Positions 56,195 to 64,000 of a stretch of DNA of 64,000 nucleotides are shown here, one piece after another; the stretch's first letter is position 1, and the number at the start of each line of letters is the position of its first letter. Origin of the DNA: an uncultured Planctomycetia bacterium (GTDB lineage: Bacteria > Omnitrophota > Gorgyraeia > CAYWPX01). The DNA lies in NCBI GenBank assembly GCA_964460615.1, contig CAYWPX010000003.1:25343-89342 (forward strand), in the 5' to 3' direction. The translations under genes were made by a program, and so were the position numbers. Under the pieces are notes generated by a model. The model had not been told where the DNA came from. It ran no database searches and worked only from the letters and a program-made list of their open reading frames with translations.

Positions 56195-56762
56195 AAACCT
56201 AAGATGTTTCATTGCAATAGATATTCCGCTAAATATTAAAAATGAGGTGGCCTTATTTCAAGATAAGCTAAAGGCATTGAATATTGATATTAAATGTGTC
56301 GAGGAAGTGAATATTCATATCACTCTTAAATTCCTAGGGTCAATAAGTTCGGATAAAGTTGACTTAATAAAATCGGCTATTTCAAAAGTAGCTATAAGGA
56401 CATCCGGTTTCGATGCTCATATCGGAAATATAGGATTCTTCCCTAGTGTTACCCACCCCAAAGTTATCTGGTTAGATGTCAATAAGAATTCTCAAGATAT
56501 TTTGAAGATTTTTAATGATTTGGAAGATGAGTTAGCGGGAATTGGTTTTGAAAAAGATTCAAGGCCTTTCAGGACTCACCTTACCATAGCTAGGTTCAGA
56601 AGCTTAAAGAATATTTCAAGCCTTGGGGATTTTGTAAATAAAAATCGATTTAGTTCGTGTGCTGACTTTAAAGTCGATGAGATTGCTTTATATGAAAGTA
56701 CTTTGACGAGTAAGGGGCCGATCTATACCAAAATATTTGGTGCCAATCTTAAGACGATTTGA
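56187..56762 (+). CDS. thpR: RNA 2',3'-cyclic phosphodiesterase / 2'-5' RNA ligase family (2H phosphoesterase ThpR/LigT). Start at ATG 56187, overlapping the cinA stop by 8 nt.
   Basis: Two H-x-T/S-x motifs (HITLKFLG and HLTIARF). 191 aa from the internal ATG. Confidence 0.8.
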   Translation: MSENLRCFIAIDIPLNIKNEVALFQDKLKALNIDIKCVEEVNIHITLKFLGSISSDKVDLIKSAISKVAIRTSGFDAHIGNIGFFPSVTHPKVIWLDVNKNSQDILKIFNDLEDELAGIGFEKDSRPFRTHLTIARFRSLKNISSLGDFVNKNRFSSCADFKVDEIALYESTLTSKGPIYTKIFGANLKTI

Positions 56763-57175
56763 ATGATCACGTTTGAAATAACCCCCGCCATCAAATCATC
56801 GGACATTATTCCAAGAGGGCCATGTAAACGTTCCATATTTTTAATCGGAAATACTTTAGAGATATCAAAAAATCGGAAAAGAATGAACCCCACCAATATA
56901 ATATTAACTGTTTTGGGCAGGAACATAAGCGCAACCAACATGCCCCCAACCTCATCAATGACGATCCATTTCGGGTCTTCGGTAGGTTTAAGATTCTCGC
57001 GTTTTATAAGCACATATCCATAATATATGACCAAGATCGTTACAAGAAAATATATAAAGGGGTTGATGATCAGGCATGCCAGGCAAAGTGCCCCGATACT
57101 AGCGAAAGTGCCTTGTGAAAACGGCAGGTATCCTATTCCAAAAAATGATAATAAGGCTTTATCGATCCTTAACAT
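56723..57175 (-). CDS. pgpA: Phosphatidylglycerophosphatase A
   Basis: 150 aa. N-terminus FFGIGYLPFSQGTFASIGALCLA is typical of PgpA. Confidence 0.8.
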   Translation of the reverse strand: MLRIDKALLSFFGIGYLPFSQGTFASIGALCLACLIINPFIYFLVTILVIYYGYVLIKRENLKPTEDPKWIVIDEVGGMLVALMFLPKTVNIILVGFILFRFFDISKVFPIKNMERLHGPLGIMSDDLMAGVISNVIIQIVLRLAPNILV

Positions 57176-57746
57176 TTAATAAGCTGCCTCCGTATTTGTA
57201 CAAAAAAGATATACCGCTTAACGCTGTCAGAAAAACAGTTATAAGCATGATGATATAAATAAAATACCCAACCAAAGTATCAACCCTAGCTGACCAGAAG
57301 CCATTCATGAGGCCGAAATCCTTTACGATCAGGATTATCAGTATAATGAGTATAGAAACCATCTGGGAAACGGTTTTGTGTTTCCCGCTTTTTGCAGCAG
57401 GGATAATAATGTGAAATGTCGCAGCTAAAAGCCTCAGGCTTGTAATAACAAGCTCTCTGGCTATAATGATTATCACCATCCAGGCAGGAATAATATTCAT
57501 CTGTACAAATGCCAAAAATGCGCTCATAGTCAGGAGTTTGTCAGCTATCGGATCAAGTATTTTCCCTAAATTGGTCACCAGGTTCTTTTCCCTGGCAATT
57601 TTTCCATCATAATAATCTGTAATAGCCGCTATCAAAAAGACCAGAAATGCCGCTACTTTAAATATCACCCCTTCTATGAATAATAGATACATAAAAACAA
57701 AAACCAAAATTATCCTTAGAATAGTCAGTTTATTAGGCAGATTCAT
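57159..57746 (-). CDS. pgsA: CDP-diacylglycerol--glycerol-3-phosphate 3-phosphatidyltransferase
   Basis: DYYDGKIAREKNLVTNLGKILDPIADKL CDP-alcohol PT motif. 195 aa. Adjacent to pgpA. Confidence 0.85.
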   Translation of the reverse strand: MNLPNKLTILRIILVFVFMYLLFIEGVIFKVAAFLVFLIAAITDYYDGKIAREKNLVTNLGKILDPIADKLLTMSAFLAFVQMNIIPAWMVIIIIARELVITSLRLLAATFHIIIPAAKSGKHKTVSQMVSILIILIILIVKDFGLMNGFWSARVDTLVGYFIYIIMLITVFLTALSGISFLYKYGGSLLNVKDR

Positions 57747-59071
57747 ACGGCTTCCCCTATCAGGTCGTATTCCATGCTTCCCTGTATCAGCACATTCACA
57801 AACTCCCCCGGTAAAATTTTTCTCTTGGATTTTACGTATATCTCACAATCGATTTCAGGGGCATCCATATAGCTTCTCCCGATATACGAATTCTCTTCAT
57901 TAAGCACCTTATCAATAAGAACGGGTATTATTTTCCCTTCAAAAGAACTATTAAGAGCTCCTGATATCTCTTTTTGAACAAGCATCAATTCCTTTAAACG
58001 GCCTTCTTTGGTCACATCTGATATCTGATCGTTCAATTTGTAAGCAGCGGTTCCTTCCTCATTTGAATAAATAAAAGCGCCAAGCCTTTCAAACTTAGTT
58101 GATCTGATAAATTTTATTAGCTCGCTAAATTCTTTAGTTGTTTCGCCGGGGTAGCCTACGATCAGAGATGTCCTTAAAGCTACCCCTGGTATGCTGTTCC
58201 TTATCTTATCTATGAGTTTAAGTGTTTCCAGTTTAGTAATTCCTCTATGCATAGACTTGAGTATTTTGTCATTTATATGCTGTAAAGGAAGGTCTATGTA
58301 CTTACAAATGTTTGCATTATCTTTAATAGTGCTTATCAATTCATCAGTGACAAATGTGGGATGAGTATAGAGAAGTCTCAGCCAAAAGTCTTTTTTAATA
58401 CCAGAAATATTTTTCAATAGCTCCGGAAGGCATAATTTTTTGTAAATATCAATGCCATAAGCCGTTGTGTCTTGGCCGATTATGTTCAGCTCTGAGACAT
58501 TTCCCTTTATGAGTAAATTCTTAGCTTCTTTCAGAATGGATTCTTTAGGCCTTGACCTAAAGGGCCCTCGTATTAATGGTATGGCGCAATAGCTGCATTT
58601 ATGGACACAACCGTCAGAAATTTTTATATAAGCGAGATGTTCGGGGGTAAGATTGATTCGTGAAGATTTATGAGAGTATATATAATTTACATTCTTTGAG
58701 GTATAAACCGATTTTTTAGTGCTTTTCATTCTTTTTATTATGTCAGCAAATCTCTCGATCTCATTAATTCCGATAAATGCATCGACCTCATCAAATTCAT
58801 TCTTCAATTTATCTTTATATCTTTGGGTCAAGCATCCGGCGACTATAAGGTACTTGATCTCGCCCCGTTTTTTGAGTTCGATACCCTCAAGGATAGCGTC
58901 AATAGATTCCATTTTGGCATCTTTTATGAAGCCGCATGTGTTTATTATGATTATATCCGTTTTTTTTGACTCATCTACAAGAACGAAACCCGATTTTTTA
59001 AGGTTTCCTAAAATAATCTCCGAATCGACCAGATTTCTGGCACAACCTAAACTTATAAGTCTGATTTTCAC
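57743..59071 (-). CDS. rimO: Ribosomal protein S12 methylthiotransferase RimO (MTTase-radical SAM-TRAM)
   Basis: N-terminus ISLGCARNLVDSE is RimO-type. Radical SAM CSYCAIP and C-terminal TRAM. 442 aa. Confidence 0.8.
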   Translation of the reverse strand: MKIRLISLGCARNLVDSEIILGNLKKSGFVLVDESKKTDIIIINTCGFIKDAKMESIDAILEGIELKKRGEIKYLIVAGCLTQRYKDKLKNEFDEVDAFIGINEIERFADIIKRMKSTKKSVYTSKNVNYIYSHKSSRINLTPEHLAYIKISDGCVHKCSYCAIPLIRGPFRSRPKESILKEAKNLLIKGNVSELNIIGQDTTAYGIDIYKKLCLPELLKNISGIKKDFWLRLLYTHPTFVTDELISTIKDNANICKYIDLPLQHINDKILKSMHRGITKLETLKLIDKIRNSIPGVALRTSLIVGYPGETTKEFSELIKFIRSTKFERLGAFIYSNEEGTAAYKLNDQISDVTKEGRLKELMLVQKEISGALNSSFEGKIIPVLIDKVLNEENSYIGRSYMDAPEIDCEIYVKSKRKILPGEFVNVLIQGSMEYDLIGEAV

Positions 59072-59252
59072 TGTATTTACCCGATCTAATTCAATTAATT
59101 ATCACTAAGCAAGAACCATGATGAAATTTATTCGACCTATTAACGCATCGTTAGAATAAAAAATATACAAACATTAAAGTCAAAACGCAAAACCAAATTT
59201 ACCTGACCAGTAAGCTGATACGTAATTTAGTTTTGCGTCCGATCGAAAATCA

Positions 59253-60062
59253 CTATTTACTAATTACCTTGAACAAATTTCTGGTAATAATGATATTTTG
59301 GCCTATTCTGGAGAGGTTTATAGGTTCATTATTAACATAAAACTCAACGGATTCCGGTTTACCTATTTTAAGCTCAATTTTTTCCTTGGCATTCCATGCT
59401 TCTTCTGAGCTTCTTTTTAGTTCATTTTGGTATATTACCTTATCGTCGACAGTAACCTTTGCCCAGACCGGTTCACTTGCCTTAAGAACTAAAGAGATAT
59501 CCTCATTTTCCGGTATGGATAAGATCTGTTCCGTACTGTTAGTGGTTTTTCTGGTAACTTCTTTAGTTTCTCTTGATTGAGCTGCATTTTTTTTAAGCTG
59601 AGCTAACTGCATGTTTTCCTTGCGTTTCTGCATGATTTTATTAGAAGCATTTTTTATCAGAATAACCGTAAATGTAAAACCTACGAGTATAACAAGCACC
59701 ACTAAAATTTTTAAAAATGCTTTTTTGAACTCAGAATCAAAAGCTATAGGATTAGGGACATCTTTTTTTGCCGGCTTAACTTGATCGATCTTTTTAGTGT
59801 ATAACTCGCTTTTTTTATTAGAGTCACCTTTTTTTGAAACCGGCTCTAATTTCAAAGCGATCTCCTGAGGATTAAGGCCTAGGAATTTGGCGTAGGTCCT
59901 AATAAAATATTTAGAATAAGATGGATTTGGCAATTCGTCTAATTTATCCTCTTCGATCAAAGCTATGACCTTCGGGCTTATCTTGGTCTTGACATAGATC
60001 TCATCAAGTGAAATCTTTTTTTTAGTTCGTTCGGTTTTTAATATATGTCCTATTGTTGCCAT
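59253..60062 (-). CDS. rodZ: RodZ-like cytoskeleton protein (N-terminal HTH, single TM, C-terminal DUF4115-like domain)
   Basis: XRE-type HTH (ISLDEIYVKTKISPKVIALIEE), central TM (LKILVVLVILVGFTFTVILI) and C-terminal beta-rich domain. Confidence 0.7.
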   Translation of the reverse strand: MATIGHILKTERTKKKISLDEIYVKTKISPKVIALIEEDKLDELPNPSYSKYFIRTYAKFLGLNPQEIALKLEPVSKKGDSNKKSELYTKKIDQVKPAKKDVPNPIAFDSEFKKAFLKILVVLVILVGFTFTVILIKNASNKIMQKRKENMQLAQLKKNAAQSRETKEVTRKTTNSTEQILSIPENEDISLVLKASEPVWAKVTVDDKVIYQNELKRSSEEAWNAKEKIELKIGKPESVEFYVNNEPINLSRIGQNIIITRNLFKVISK

Positions 60063-60086
60063 TTGACCCTCGCTTTTAGATATGTT

Positions 60087-62351
60087 TTATCCTTCTTTAG
60101 GTTCAGGAACCCTGTCTACAAGTATTTCTCTGGGTTTGGAACCTCTATACGAGCCAACTATGCCTTCCTGCTCCATAATATCGATCATTCTGGCCGCACG
60201 AGTATACCCCAATCCAAGCCTTCTTTGAAGCATGGAAACAGAGGCCTGCTTGGTCTCTAGGATTATTTTGACTGCTTCCTCGTAGAGCTCATCCTTCTCC
60301 ATTGGCTTACCCAGCGATGATTTAGCAGAGTTCTCTATGTCAGATAATATTTCCTCATTATAAACAGGTTCGCCTTGAGATTTGATAAAACCTACAACCC
60401 TGTCTATTTCCTTGTCGGACACTAGCGAACCTTGTGCCCTTACCGGTTTAGCGGCACCCGGCTCAATAAAAAGCATATCGCCTCTTCCTAAAAGTTTGTC
60501 AGCGCCATTCATATCTAGGACTGTTCTTGAATCGACCTTTGAAGCGACCTTAAAAGAGATCCTCGCAGGAAAATTAGCCTTAATGACGCCTGTTATGACA
60601 TCAACTGAAGGCCTCTGGGTAGCCAATACCATATGTATCCCGACAGCTCTCGAAAGCTGAGCCAATCTCATTATGGCATTTTCAATATTCTGCTGCGCAA
60701 CAGCCATAAGGTCAGCCAATTCATCTATAATTATTACTATATACGGAAGCTTTTTGGGGCTATCAGGCGTATTGTCATTTAAAGCCTTGATCTTTTCATT
60801 GTAAGAATCGATATTTCTGGCTCCGATTTTAGCCAACAATCTGTACCTGTCTTCCATCTCAGAAACGACCCAAGCCAAAGCCGCCTGTACTTTTTTTGCC
60901 TCTGTAACTACGGGACAGATAAGTTGAGGCAATCCATTATAGACAGCCAGTTCAACCATCTTTGGGTCAACCATGATAAATTTGATTTCTTCAGGAGTAT
61001 ATCGGTATAAAAGGCTTAATATCAACGTATTAACGCATACGGTTTTCCCGGAACCGGTTGTCCCGGCGATCAATAGATGCGGCATGCTTGCAAGGTCCGT
61101 TACTACGGAACTGCCTGCAACGTCCTTTCCAAGAGCCAGTGTCAGCTTGCCGTCAGATTTCTGGAATTCGTCGGATGAAAGTATGTCCTTAAGAAAAACC
61201 ATTTCATTTGAAGTATTCGGGACCTCAACGCCTACAGTGCCCTTGCCAGGGATCGGGGCGACAATTCTGACGCTCTGGGCCTTCATGGCAAGCGATATAT
61301 CATCATTAAGCGTTGTTATTTTATTGACCTTTACGCCTGCGGCAGGCTCTAATTCGTATCTTGTAATTACAGGGCCTTGCTCAACCCTTACTACTTTAGC
61401 TTCTACCCCAAAATCCTGCAATGTCTCTTCCAGTATCCTGGAACTTTCCTCCAAATTATCCTTGATCTTTCTTTCTTCTACTGGCGGAGAGGAATCCAAA
61501 AGGTCTAATGAAGGCAGCTTAAAATTACCGATAACCTTCGGGGCAATTGGCTTGACCGCCTTAGGTTGCGCCTTGGGTTGTATAGTGATCTCTTTTTCCC
61601 TTGGATTTTCAAAGGCCTCATCCTCGGATTGCGAGAATTTAGAAAAGCCTATAGGAGATTCTTTTCTGTACTGATCACGGTCAGGCTTTAAATTAAGCTT
61701 AGATGGAGGGGTCTCGGTCTCATTGACGGAAGTGTTTATCGGAATTTTGGCATCTCTTATTTTCTTGCTTACAGGAGGCAGGGTTTTTTGTTTAAGAGTT
61801 TTATTTTTAAGCAGTTTAAGCGTTCCAAAAACAAATTTAGCGAAACCAATAAATATCGGGAAAACCAGAAATTCGGTCGCCAGTATTACAGAAAGCAGGA
61901 ATAGCGCTGAAGTCACAATAAAGGCGCCGACCATTCCGAAATACTTAACAAAAAAATCTGAAAATATTAATCCTACCAGCCCCCCATCCCTGAATCTGGC
62001 AGACGGATCGTCATAAACAAATAGACTAAAAAAAGAGGATGAGGTGACTATTAGAACCAATACGCCAGACAATTTTAAGTATAACTTTTCAGGCTCATTG
62101 CCTAATAACCTGTTTGTTGCCCATATGAGAGTAAGAATAGGAAGGATATATCCTGACCATCCCATTATAAAAAATATTATCCCGCCAAGATATGCGCCAG
62201 CAACTCCAGCTAAGTTCTTTATGGGGCTATTAACAATAGAAGTATAGTAACTGATATCGCCGGCATCAAACGACAAAAGGCTGATAAAAAGAAGTATAGT
62301 GGCAACTATAAGCCCAATGGCCCAGATCTCATTAAGCTTTTTCTGATCCAT
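60087..62351 (-). CDS. ftsK: DNA translocase FtsK/SpoIIIE
   Basis: 754 aa. N-terminal 4-5 TM, Walker A GTTGSGKT, Walker B and C-terminal gamma winged helix. Confidence 0.95.
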   Translation of the reverse strand: MDQKKLNEIWAIGLIVATILLFISLLSFDAGDISYYTSIVNSPIKNLAGVAGAYLGGIIFFIMGWSGYILPILTLIWATNRLLGNEPEKLYLKLSGVLVLIVTSSSFFSLFVYDDPSARFRDGGLVGLIFSDFFVKYFGMVGAFIVTSALFLLSVILATEFLVFPIFIGFAKFVFGTLKLLKNKTLKQKTLPPVSKKIRDAKIPINTSVNETETPPSKLNLKPDRDQYRKESPIGFSKFSQSEDEAFENPREKEITIQPKAQPKAVKPIAPKVIGNFKLPSLDLLDSSPPVEERKIKDNLEESSRILEETLQDFGVEAKVVRVEQGPVITRYELEPAAGVKVNKITTLNDDISLAMKAQSVRIVAPIPGKGTVGVEVPNTSNEMVFLKDILSSDEFQKSDGKLTLALGKDVAGSSVVTDLASMPHLLIAGTTGSGKTVCVNTLILSLLYRYTPEEIKFIMVDPKMVELAVYNGLPQLICPVVTEAKKVQAALAWVVSEMEDRYRLLAKIGARNIDSYNEKIKALNDNTPDSPKKLPYIVIIIDELADLMAVAQQNIENAIMRLAQLSRAVGIHMVLATQRPSVDVITGVIKANFPARISFKVASKVDSRTVLDMNGADKLLGRGDMLFIEPGAAKPVRAQGSLVSDKEIDRVVGFIKSQGEPVYNEEILSDIENSAKSSLGKPMEKDELYEEAVKIILETKQASVSMLQRRLGLGYTRAARMIDIMEQEGIVGSYRGSKPREILVDRVPEPKEG

Positions 62352-62513
62352 AAGTTCCTTTAAATATAATTACCTGATTTATTTGATAATTGTAAGCGCT
62401 ATTATAATATTAGTATACAATACAATGAAAAAAATGAAAATATTTTTTAATAATAATTTCTGAGTAGGCTAATAGTTAATATACTCACAATAAAGACTCA
62501 ATTATTGATATGA

Positions 62514-62966
62514 CTATCTAACTCCTGTGTGCCCAAAACCACCTGCGGAGCGTTTAGTAGGGTCTAGATCATCTACCTCGATCAATTGTGCTCTGGTCAC
62601 AGGGGCAAAAATCATTTGTGCAATCCTATCCCCGCGCTTAATCTGATAGGCTGTTTTCCCAAAATTAATCAAAATTAGACTGACCAAGCCTCTATAATCA
62701 GAATCGATCGTTCCGGGAGTATTGACTAAACTGATCCCGTGTTTCAGGGCTAGACCGCTTCTTGGCCTGATTTGAGCTTCAAATCCTTTGGGTATGCTAA
62801 CATAAATTCCGGTGGAAATAAGCTTTATCTCACCCGGATCGATCATGGATTCGCGATCAACATCAGCATATAAATCAATGCCGCTTGAGCCAATTGTGGC
62901 ATAGCTCGGAAGCGGCAAGTCAAAACAATTATCTTTTCTCTTAACTTTGATTCTTATCTTTTTCAC
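62514..62966 (-). CDS. dut: dUTP diphosphatase
   Basis: 150 aa. dUTPase motifs ([22 protein letters not shown]) and a C-terminal Gly-rich arm. Confidence 0.9.
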   Translation of the reverse strand: MKKIRIKVKRKDNCFDLPLPSYATIGSSGIDLYADVDRESMIDPGEIKLISTGIYVSIPKGFEAQIRPRSGLALKHGISLVNTPGTIDSDYRGLVSLILINFGKTAYQIKRGDRIAQMIFAPVTRAQLIEVDDLDPTKRSAGGFGHTGVR

Positions 62967-64000
62967 TAGGTTCGATTGCTTTTTTTCGGCTAAGATTAAC
63001 CCTACCCTGCTGATCTATCTCGATGACCTTAACCATGATCTCATCACCGATCTTAACTACTTCATCAACATTTTTCACATACTTATCAGAAAGCTCTGAA
63101 ACATGCACAAGCCCGTCTTTTCCGGGAAGGATCTCACAAAAAGCGCCGAATTTTTCTATTCTTTTTACCTTACCAAGGTATACCTTACCTATTTCAACAT
63201 CTTCGGTAAGTTTTCTGATTATATCAATAGCCTTATTCAAGCTCTCTTCATTATTTGACGCAACCTGAACAGTACCATCATCTTCTATATTAATCTCGGC
63301 TTTTGTGTCCTCGATTATTTTTTTAATGATCTTCCCGCCAGAGCCGATAACATCCCTGATTTTATCAGTTGATATCTTGAAACTGACTATCCTTGGGGCA
63401 TATTTTGACAGATTGCCTCTAGGGGCTGATATGGCTTCGCTCATCTTATTCAGAATGAAGACCCTCGCTACAAGCGCTTCAGCGAGCGCCTTTTCCAGTA
63501 TCTCAAATGATATATTTTCAATTTTTATATCCATCTGAAGAGCAGTGATACCTTTGGATGTACCTGCTACCTTAAAATCCATATCTCCAAAATGATCCTC
63601 TATACCTCCGATGTCAGTAAGAATAACATAATCATTACCCTTTTGTATCAATCCCATGGCTATACCGCTAACAGGGGATTTGATCGGGACTCCGGCATCC
63701 ATCAAAGCCAATGTACCAGCGCAAACAGTCGCCATGCTGGACGAACCGTTTGACTCAAGGATTTCAGAAACAAGCCTTATGGTATAAGGGAACGAATCTC
63801 TATTCGGAAGCATCGGCTTAATAGCTCTTTCAGCCAGTGCTCCGTGGCCTATTTCACGCCTTCCCGGGCCCCTAACAGGCTTAACTTCTCCGACGCTAAA
63901 CGAAGGGAAGTTATAATGGAGCATGAATTTCTTCACCAATTCGCCCTCAAGGGTCTCCATTGTCTGCTCATCATCGGTCGTACCTAAGGTAGCGATCGAC
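62941..64000 (-). CDS. pnp: Polynucleotide phosphorylase, C-terminal two-thirds (second RNase PH, KH, S1). The N-terminus lies beyond the window end.
   Basis: The frame stays open upstream of the first Met up to the window edge (..[34 protein letters not shown]), matching the PNPase core. KH ([15 protein letters not shown]) and S1 domains at the C-terminus. Confidence 0.9.
   Translation of the reverse strand, partial: SIATLGTTDDEQTMETLEGELVKKFMLHYNFPSFSVGEVKPVRGPGRREIGHGALAERAIKPMLPNRDSFPYTIRLVSEILESNGSSSMATVCAGTLALMDAGVPIKSPVSGIAMGLIQKGNDYVILTDIGGIEDHFGDMDFKVAGTSKGITALQMDIKIENISFEILEKALAEALVARVFILNKMSEAISAPRGNLSKYAPRIVSFKISTDKIRDVIGSGGKIIKKIIEDTKAEINIEDDGTVQVASNNEESLNKAIDIIRKLTEDVEIGKVYLGKVKRIEKFGAFCEILPGKDGLVHVSELSDKYVKNVDEVVKIGDEIMVKVIEIDQQGRVNLSRKKAIEPSEKDKNQS

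Noticed and set aside
59184-59239. 9-bp inverted repeat (ACGCAAAAC..GTTTTGCGT) with a 35-nt loop downstream of rodZ
   Set aside because: Likely a weak terminator or transcript-end structure between rodZ and rimO. The long loop and absent U-tract make any stronger interpretation unsupported.
1-64000. CRISPR arrays, cas genes, restriction-modification, toxin-antitoxin or other defence systems
   Set aside because: No regularly spaced direct repeats of 25-40 nt with unique spacers anywhere. The only methyltransferase has an RlmA-like Zn ribbon rather than DNA-methyltransferase motifs. No small paired ORFs typical of toxin-antitoxin modules. None found.

Overview
This 64 kb window looks like a compact, AT-rich genome of an uncultured diderm bacterium. 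The diderm call is an inference from an outer-membrane-type protein with a signal peptide, a LysM lipoprotein and a secreted Cache protein. About 60 genes are packed almost back to back, and all but two (cinA-thpR) lie on the minus strand. Content is mostly core housekeeping genes. It includes pnp(partial)-dut-ftsK-rodZ-rimO-pgsA-pgpA, divergent cinA-thpR, and a long co-directional chain recA-htrA-recX-alaS-hisDBHAFI-trpEGDC-(GH35 beta-galactosidase)-trpBA-ruvX. Next come an M16 peptidase, PGM/PMM, lepA-lepB, a CDP-alcohol phosphatidyltransferase, der-plsY, hup, hisS-aspS and the conserved phoH-pgpH-ybeY-dgkA block. The chain then runs DUF502-recO-glyQS-ppdK-sigma70-apt and ends in an accessory-like stretch. 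That stretch holds a secreted multi-Cache protein, a CBS-GGDEF cyclase, a DUF4239-like membrane protein, a B12-binding radical SAM enzyme, a Zn-ribbon/class I methyltransferase, a tRNA-Arg(CCT) locus, a Zn-ribbon protein, a PHP phosphoesterase and a partial outer-membrane protein. No CRISPR array, transposase, integrase or recognisable defence system is present. The things worth a second look are: (1) the tRNA-Arg gene is surrounded by three degenerate tRNA-Arg fragments, each interrupted by a GC-rich palindrome; (2) the his and trp operons are fused (hisI/trpE overlap), no trpF is present in the window, and a GH35 glycosidase sits between trpC and trpB with intrinsic terminators on both sides plus a MITE-like inverted-repeat element; (3) two tandem paralogous 2TM-HAMP-only membrane proteins lie between recA and cinA; (4) several structured non-coding elements (a 14-bp inverted repeat with a 45-nt spacer next to a terminator, tandem heptamer triplets at two gene junctions, and a 13-bp inverted repeat enclosing a 16-codon ORF with a Shine-Dalgarno (SD) site in a leader). 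Most plus-strand ORFs in the supplied track are antisense to well-supported genes and were rejected.
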